Of a stretch of 32,000 bases of DNA, positions 26,194 to 32,000 are shown one piece after another. The DNA lies in NCBI RefSeq assembly GCF_051307035.1, contig NZ_CP195536.1, positions 1,260,001-1,292,000 of the forward strand, read 5' to 3'. Position 1 is the stretch's first letter. Each line of letters starts with the position of its first letter. The DNA comes from Psychrobacter sp. DM4 (GTDB taxonomy: Bacteria > Pseudomonadota > Gammaproteobacteria > Pseudomonadales > Moraxellaceae). The translations under genes were made by a program, and so were the position numbers. The notes under the pieces were generated by a model, which saw nothing but the letters and a program-made list of their open reading frames with translations, made no database searches and was not told the origin of the DNA.

Positions 26194-27090
26194 CTACTCT
26201 TTTATAAGCTTAGCTATCAAGGCACTGAGCAGCTGATACTCTTTTTGATCCAGCTGTAGCCGTGAGCCAAGCCGAGATAATCGCGATGGTAAAGATCTAA
26301 GATTGTCACTATCAGCAAGGTCGCGCTTGACCATAAGGTCAGTAACACGCTGGGTGAGCTGCTGTAATTGCTGCTGACTGATAGCTGGCTCATCCCACTG
26401 CTGACGCAGATGAAGATCTATCATAGAGGAGGCGGTATTTTGGTTGCTTTTATTAATACTTTGTTTATGTTGACTATCGTCCGTTTGTAAATGTGTTTGC
26501 GCGTAAGCATAAATAAAACTGGCGATGACTTGTACGGCTGAGGCAACATTGAGTACAGGGTAGGCAGGATTGGCATCAATTTGGATATGATAATCTGCGA
26601 CCGCTAGCTCTTCATTGGTCAAACCGCGATCTTCACGGCCGAATAAGATGGCAATATTTAGCTGGCTATTAGTAGTTTTAGAAGGGTTTGCTTGCTTAGG
26701 GTCAGTGCTAGAGCACTGCTGATCAATAAAGTCAAACATGATCTTGGCCGCTTGGGTGGGTGTGACTACAGGGCGCGGCAAATGGCGGCTACGACTGCTG
26801 GCGGCAAACACTAGCTGACAACCTGCTATCGCTGTCTCAAGCGTCGGCGTTATCAGTGCTGAGGCTAATAGCTCACTACCACCTGCGGCGTGCGATACGC
26901 TGCTATCATCAATCGGCAGTTTAGGATCGACAACGCTGAGGCGCGATAGACCCATGGTATGCATAGCACGCGCGGCAGAACCAATGTTAGCAGGTAAAGT
27001 GGTGTTGACCATGACTACTTGCAGACATGCCAAATAGTCGCTTATATCAAGGTGTGATGGTGCTGTCGAGATCAGGACGTCTTTGGGCAT
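26194..27090 (-). CDS. trmJ: tRNA (cytidine/uridine-2'-O-)-methyltransferase TrmJ (SpoU/TrmH family)
   Basis: VVMVNTTLPANIGSAARAMHTMGLSRLSVVDP, ILFGREDRGLTNEEL and YPVLNVASAVQVIA parallel E. coli TrmJ. It is adjacent to cysE, as in other Gammaproteobacteria. Confidence 0.85.
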   Translation of the reverse strand: MPKDVLISTAPSHLDISDYLACLQVVMVNTTLPANIGSAARAMHTMGLSRLSVVDPKLPIDDSSVSHAAGGSELLASALITPTLETAIAGCQLVFAASSRSRHLPRPVVTPTQAAKIMFDFIDQQCSSTDPKQANPSKTTNSQLNIAILFGREDRGLTNEELAVADYHIQIDANPAYPVLNVASAVQVIASFIYAYAQTHLQTDDSQHKQSINKSNQNTASSMIDLHLRQQWDEPAISQQQLQQLTQRVTDLMVKRDLADSDNLRSLPSRLSRLGSRLQLDQKEYQLLSALIAKLIKE

Positions 27091-27482
27091 TAAGATTCCA
27101 ATCGTTTATTTATTTCAAGTTCTGCGCGCTTTAGTGCCGCTGATAGCGCTTCAATCAGTTCGGCCTGCTCACCGATACACCGGGCACGGCAGGCCTCTTG
27201 TAGTTGACTACTCAAAGTCATGAGCTGCGTGGTGCCTAGATTGGCGCTGGCACCTTTTAGCGCATGAGCAATCTCGAAGCCATTGGCATTGTCATCTGCT
27301 TGTAATGCGGCGCTTAAGTCTAGCACGCGTTTTTCGCTATCGGTAATGTACATTTGAACCAAATCAGCAAAGTCCTCTTCTAGTAAGTCGCGCATGTCCT
27401 CAAATTGTTCTTGATCGATAATGCCTGCATCAAAATGATGACTGGTATGATTTTGCGCCGTTAAGTTTGAGATATCGTCCAT
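27090..27482 (-). CDS. Stand-alone Hpt (histidine phosphotransfer) domain protein
   Basis: 130-aa ORF with the HALKGASANLGTTQL phosphohistidine motif. Its stop overlaps the trmJ start (TAATG, shared base 27090). Confidence 0.8.
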   Translation of the reverse strand: MDDISNLTAQNHTSHHFDAGIIDQEQFEDMRDLLEEDFADLVQMYITDSEKRVLDLSAALQADDNANGFEIAHALKGASANLGTTQLMTLSSQLQEACRARCIGEQAELIEALSAALKRAELEINKRLES

Positions 27483-27551
27483 GATCTAGTACCCAATTAA
27501 AATTAAAATAAACAGTATAATCTAAACGATAAAAGTTGACTATAAAAATAG

Positions 27552-30500
27552 CTAGCTGTAGTGAAAATGCAAGCTATCTTCATCGATCATGCTTTTTAGT
27601 TGTTGTAAATTATCATCGTTAGGATACACGCGCCAGTGCTCGGACAGCCCTACATTAGCGATGCCGTATATATCATAGACACTCAGACCAAGCGGCAAGC
27701 AGTTGTCATTAATGGAGTCGTCGGTATTACTCAAAGCTTGATTGGCGTAGTTTGAGTTTGAGCTATCATTGCTGTTTTGATGAGTAGGCTGTTGACTCAT
27801 GCCGTGCTCTAGCGCCAGTAGATCATTACCGCTCTCGTCATACAAACTACCGCCTATAGCAGAATCATAAGCATTGCTCTCGCTTTGATCTTGATCGTCA
27901 TTAGAGGGTATGCGCGGCGTAGGTATGGTATCCACTTGCGCCGCTTTGAGTAGGGGCTGTAATCGGTTTAATAGAGTGATATCGCTGCCATGAACTTTGA
28001 TGCTGATCTTTTTCATCCAACGCAGGCGAGCATCAACGATACTCATAGCATTATCGAGACGGGCAAAAAGGCGACCTTCACGCTCACGGATACTACCTTT
28101 GATGATGACGACTTCATCGACCTTTAATTGCTCTTTTACACGGTTAAACCGCTCAGCGTAGCAGCTGACCTCAAGCCTTGAGGTACCATCGTCTAACGTA
28201 ATGACATGGCGATTGCCAAAGTTTGCCATATCTATAATGAGACCTGAAAAATAGCAGCTGCCATTATAGCCCGTATCCGTCAAGGTATTGAGTCTTGTGC
28301 CTGAAGTGTAGCGTTTAAGCTCATCTAAATACTCATTGATGGGATGGCCTGTCAGGTACAGACCTAAGGTGTTTTTCTCTGCTTTTAGACGATGCTTATC
28401 ACCCCAAATCAGATCAGGGGTCATTTTGAGAGGCGGGGCGGCGACCACACCATCCATCTCACCAAACAAGTCCATCATGCCAAGCTCATTGTTTTGACGA
28501 TCTTGTTCAGCCGCTTGTACCGCGCTTGGCAACTGACTCATCAGCGCCCCGCGAATCTCGTAAGCTTCGTCCGCTGGCAAATCAGGTCGTAAAGTAACAG
28601 CAAAGTCATCGAAACAACCTGCGCTGACTAAAGCTTCAAGGGTGCGTTTATTAACTTTTTTGATATCGACGCGGCGACAAAAGTCATAGAGATCTTTAAA
28701 TGAGCCATCCGTGTGACGCGCATCAACGATAGACTCAACAGCGCCTTCGCCAACGCCTTTAATCGCCCCAAGCCCATAAATGATATTGGTTGGCGTATCC
28801 GCGACAAAGCGCCATTCACTACGATTGACCGACGGATTGACCACAGTCAGACCAAAATTCTCACGGCAATCATTGATAAAGAACACGACGTTGTCGGTGT
28901 TGTTCATATCGGATGTGAGCACCGCCGCCATAAATTCGCTTGGGTAGTACTGCTTGAGATAAGCCGTCTGATAAGCGAGCACACCGTAGGCGGCCGAGTG
29001 CGATCGGTTAAAACCGTAACCTGCGAACTTTTCCATTAAATCAAAGACGCCGCCAGAGGTCACCTCGTCAATACCTTGATCGGTGGCACCTGTGACAAAA
29101 ATATCGCGCTGCTTGGCCATCTCTTCAGGTTTCTTTTTACCCATAGCGCGGCGTAGCATATCAGCCCCGCCCAAGCTATAACCTGCCATGACTTGCGATA
29201 TCTGCATCACCTGTTCTTGATAGACAATAACGCCATTAGTATTTTCGAGTATGGGCTCAAGATTGGGATGATCATAGATGACCTCTTCGCGCCCGTGCTT
29301 GCGGTCGATATACATCTCTACCATGCCCGCATCGAGCGGCCCTGGGCGGTACAGCGCACACATGGCGATAACGTCTTCGATATTGGTGGGTTGTAACTTA
29401 GCGAGGTATTTTTTCATACCCATGCTCTCTAACTGAAACACTGCTGTCGTCTTGGCATCTTGCAATAGCTTATAGGCTTTTGCATCATCTAGTGGCAAGT
29501 CTTCTAATATGAGTTCATCGATGCCTTCACGGACGCGGCGCTGATTGATATTTTTGACCGCTGCATCGATAACGGTTAGATTACGCAGCCCCAAAAAGTC
29601 AAACTTGACCAGACCCACATCTTCAACATCGTCTTTGTCAAATTGACTGACGCGGTGTCCATCATCATCACAATATATTGCGCTAAAATCTGTGATTCTA
29701 TTTGGCGCAATTAATACGCCGCCTGCGTGCTTACCTACGTTTCGGCACACGCCTTCCAACTTAATCGCCATCTCCCAAATCTCGATCGCATCTTCATAAT
29801 CCATATTGTTGGGATTGGAGATAAGGTCTTTGAGCTGCGGCTCTTGTTCGAGTGCTTGACTGAGCGTAATGCCGGGCGTTTTGGGAATGAGCTTAGATAA
29901 TTTGCTGGCAAGAAAGTACGACTTACTTTGGACGCGAGCCACATCTCGTACGACCGCCTTTGCCGCCATCGTACCAAAGGTAATAATTTGCGACACCGCT
30001 TCACGGCCATAAGTTTGCGCGACATACTCTATGACCCGATCACGACCTTCGATACAAAAGTCAATATCAAAATCAGGCATAGAGACCCGCTCTGGGTTCA
30101 AAAATCGCTCGAACAACAGATCGTAATGAATAGGGTCAAGGTCAGTGATGTTCAGCGCATAAGCAACGAGTGATCCTGCACCAGAACCACGACCTGGACC
30201 GACTGGCACACCATTGGCTTTGGCCCAGCGAATAAAGTCCATAACGATCAAGAAGTAACCTGGGAATCCCATCGATAAAATGATATCGAGCTCGTATTCT
30301 AAGCGTTCATCATATCTCTGACGAATATCTGCCCAATTATCACTACGTTGATCTGTCGGAAATAACTTATCTAAACGTCGCTCAAGTCCGCGCTGCGACT
30401 CTGAGCGAAAGAAGGATTCTGTGGTCTCGCCTTCAGGCACAGGAAAGTCGGGCAGTACATTAATACCTAGCTTTAAGACCACGTTGCAACGTGTGGCAAG

Positions 30501-31271
30501 GCGTACAGTATTGTCAACAACTTGTGGTATATCAGCGAACAGCTGCGCCATTTGCGCTTGCGTCTTGAGATACTGCTCATCTGAATACAGCTGCGGGCGG
30601 CTTTGATCTGCGAGGACATAAGAGCCTGCGATACATACGCGCGCCTCATGGGCATCAAAATCCTCTTGCGCCATAAACCGGACATCATTATGGGCAATGA
30701 TAGGAATATTGTGCTTGGCTCCCGCACGGATAGCAGCGCTGATAAAGGCATCTTCGCCTGAACGATTGGTGCGCTTGATCGCAAAGTATAGTCGATCAGC
30801 AAACTGTGCTTGCCACTCAATAACCAATTCATCAGCACGCTCAGGCATAGAACCCACAAGCGCTTGTCCGACATCGGACTTTTCAGTAAAAAGTATGATA
30901 ACGCCTGCCGCATGATCTAATATGTCGCTACGTTTGACGATAGGAATACCAAGATTAACAGGATCAGCGCGCCCCTCAGTGAACCCAAGCGAGACAATAC
31001 GCGTGATATTTTGATAGCCCTCATTATTCATCGCCAGCAGCAGCAAACGCGAATCGTCATTATCCATGATGATCTCGCTACCGATAATTGGCTTGATGCC
31101 CTCATTCAGACAAGCACGGTAAAACTTTACCGTCGCATAGAGGTTGGACAAGTCAGTTAACGCGAGCGCGCGCTGATCATCAGCCGATGCCGCTTTCACT
31201 AGCGGCTTGATACGGACGATAGAATCAGTAATGGAATATTCGCTATGAATGCCGAGGTGTACAAATGCCAT
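27552..31271 (-). CDS. dnaE: DNA polymerase III alpha subunit
   Basis: 1239-aa ORF. MAFVHLGIHSEYSITDS (PHP domain), PDFDIDF, GLVKFDFLGLRNLT, MGKKK, FNRSHSAAY and an OB-fold region. It has a low-complexity D/N/S/Q-rich insertion near the C-terminus. Confidence 0.96.
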   Translation of the reverse strand: MAFVHLGIHSEYSITDSIVRIKPLVKAASADDQRALALTDLSNLYATVKFYRACLNEGIKPIIGSEIIMDNDDSRLLLLAMNNEGYQNITRIVSLGFTEGRADPVNLGIPIVKRSDILDHAAGVIILFTEKSDVGQALVGSMPERADELVIEWQAQFADRLYFAIKRTNRSGEDAFISAAIRAGAKHNIPIIAHNDVRFMAQEDFDAHEARVCIAGSYVLADQSRPQLYSDEQYLKTQAQMAQLFADIPQVVDNTVRLATRCNVVLKLGINVLPDFPVPEGETTESFFRSESQRGLERRLDKLFPTDQRSDNWADIRQRYDERLEYELDIILSMGFPGYFLIVMDFIRWAKANGVPVGPGRGSGAGSLVAYALNITDLDPIHYDLLFERFLNPERVSMPDFDIDFCIEGRDRVIEYVAQTYGREAVSQIITFGTMAAKAVVRDVARVQSKSYFLASKLSKLIPKTPGITLSQALEQEPQLKDLISNPNNMDYEDAIEIWEMAIKLEGVCRNVGKHAGGVLIAPNRITDFSAIYCDDDGHRVSQFDKDDVEDVGLVKFDFLGLRNLTVIDAAVKNINQRRVREGIDELILEDLPLDDAKAYKLLQDAKTTAVFQLESMGMKKYLAKLQPTNIEDVIAMCALYRPGPLDAGMVEMYIDRKHGREEVIYDHPNLEPILENTNGVIVYQEQVMQISQVMAGYSLGGADMLRRAMGKKKPEEMAKQRDIFVTGATDQGIDEVTSGGVFDLMEKFAGYGFNRSHSAAYGVLAYQTAYLKQYYPSEFMAAVLTSDMNNTDNVVFFINDCRENFGLTVVNPSVNRSEWRFVADTPTNIIYGLGAIKGVGEGAVESIVDARHTDGSFKDLYDFCRRVDIKKVNKRTLEALVSAGCFDDFAVTLRPDLPADEAYEIRGALMSQLPSAVQAAEQDRQNNELGMMDLFGEMDGVVAAPPLKMTPDLIWGDKHRLKAEKNTLGLYLTGHPINEYLDELKRYTSGTRLNTLTDTGYNGSCYFSGLIIDMANFGNRHVITLDDGTSRLEVSCYAERFNRVKEQLKVDEVVIIKGSIREREGRLFARLDNAMSIVDARLRWMKKISIKVHGSDITLLNRLQPLLKAAQVDTIPTPRIPSNDDQDQSESNAYDSAIGGSLYDESGNDLLALEHGMSQQPTHQNSNDSSNSNYANQALSNTDDSINDNCLPLGLSVYDIYGIANVGLSEHWRVYPNDDNLQQLKSMIDEDSLHFHYS

Positions 31272-31483
31272 AAAAGACTCTTAGAGATGCAAGCAGTGGA
31301 ATAGGTAATAACTATATTATTATCAAATGTTTAACTGTATTTTTAGTCTATAAAAACACACTAACAATGAAGCTTAATTTTTTTGAATTGAGCCCTTTAT
31401 AATAGCATTGTTTGCTATAGACAACCACTGATTGCAGCTGATTAATCTGTCAAGAGAAGATATATCAACGACGAAATCGTCAA

Positions 31484-31516
31484 TAAAAAACCCCCTACCT
31501 TTATGGTTATAGGGAG
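31484..31516 (-). terminator. Rho-independent terminator of ggt
   Basis: The minus strand reads CCCTATAACCATAAAGGTAGGGGG followed by TTTTTTATT. Confidence 0.7.
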
Positions 31517-31559
31517 TCAATTTTATGCAAAGTATTTTTTACTCTAAAGAGTCCTTTGT

Positions 31560-32000
31560 CTAATACCCAACCACTGCCGCATCGACAATACGCGGATCTG
31601 ACGACCCATATACCCCATTTGGCGTTAGCATAATAGACTGCGTTGAGCCCATAGCGGCTTTTGGACTGACGGTATGTCCCATCGATTCAAGTTTTTTGAC
31701 CGTATCGATATTTAGCGCTTTCTCTACGCGAATCTCATCTGGTAGCCATTGATCATGGATGCGCGGCGCATGGGTGGCCTCAGCGATATTCATATTGTGA
31801 TCGATGACGTTGGAGATGATTTGGGTAACGGTGGTAATGATACGACTACCGCCCGGACTACCTGTGACGATAAATGGTTTGCTGTCTTTAAAGACTATAG
31901 TGGGGCTCATAGAGGATAAAGGACGCTTGTTAGGCTCAACGGCGTTTGCCTCACCGCCCAATAATCCATAAGCGTTAGGTACGCCCGGCTTGGCTGAGAA
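31560..32000 (-). CDS. ggt: Gamma-glutamyltransferase, C-terminal (small subunit) portion; the gene continues beyond the right edge
   Basis: The frame is open to base 32000. FSAKPGVPNAYGLLGGEANAVEPNKRPLSSMSPTIV...TGSPGGSRIITTV...HDQWLPDEIRVE...GSTQSI closely follows E. coli GGT around the autoprocessing Thr region. Confidence 0.93.
   Translation of the reverse strand, partial: FSAKPGVPNAYGLLGGEANAVEPNKRPLSSMSPTIVFKDSKPFIVTGSPGGSRIITTVTQIISNVIDHNMNIAEATHAPRIHDQWLPDEIRVEKALNIDTVKKLESMGHTVSPKAAMGSTQSIMLTPNGVYGSSDPRIVDAAVVGY

Overview
This is a chromosomal, mostly housekeeping window. It looks like a Moraxellaceae gammaproteobacterium, probably Psychrobacter-like. That assignment is inferred from an Hfq with a long Gly-rich GFERG-repeat tail, AT-leaning composition and gene order; no search was run. 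Plus strand: lpxB (5' end outside the window) and rnhB; two tandem paralogous secreted CAP/SCP-like proteins; nspC and carboxynorspermidine synthase (alternative spermidine/norspermidine route); a stand-alone GMC oxidoreductase; a PhzF-family gene whose conserved N-terminus has no in-frame start codon; ynfA; QueD-like, tsaE, mutL, miaA and hfq; kdsD-kdsC-lptC-lptA-lptB; radA. Minus strand: a DUF924 gene, a 39-codon basic micro-ORF, rlpA, the run dnaE-Hpt-trmJ-cysE, and the 3' part of ggt at the right edge. I see no rRNA, tRNA, CRISPR array, transposase, integrase or recognisable defence gene. The one clearly non-core stretch is the ~1.2 kb AT-rich interval at 8.6-9.8 kb, which has almost no long ORFs. 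It opens with a GC-rich structured repeat that recurs at 11.63 kb, so the two copies bracket this interval plus the GMC gene. It also contains a hairpin-dense candidate ncRNA, two micro-ORFs encoding hydrophobic peptides (one with a perfect AAGGAGG Shine-Dalgarno) and a 10-bp perfect inverted repeat. This is my best candidate for something undescribed, but the evidence is purely structural and needs transcript and comparative data.
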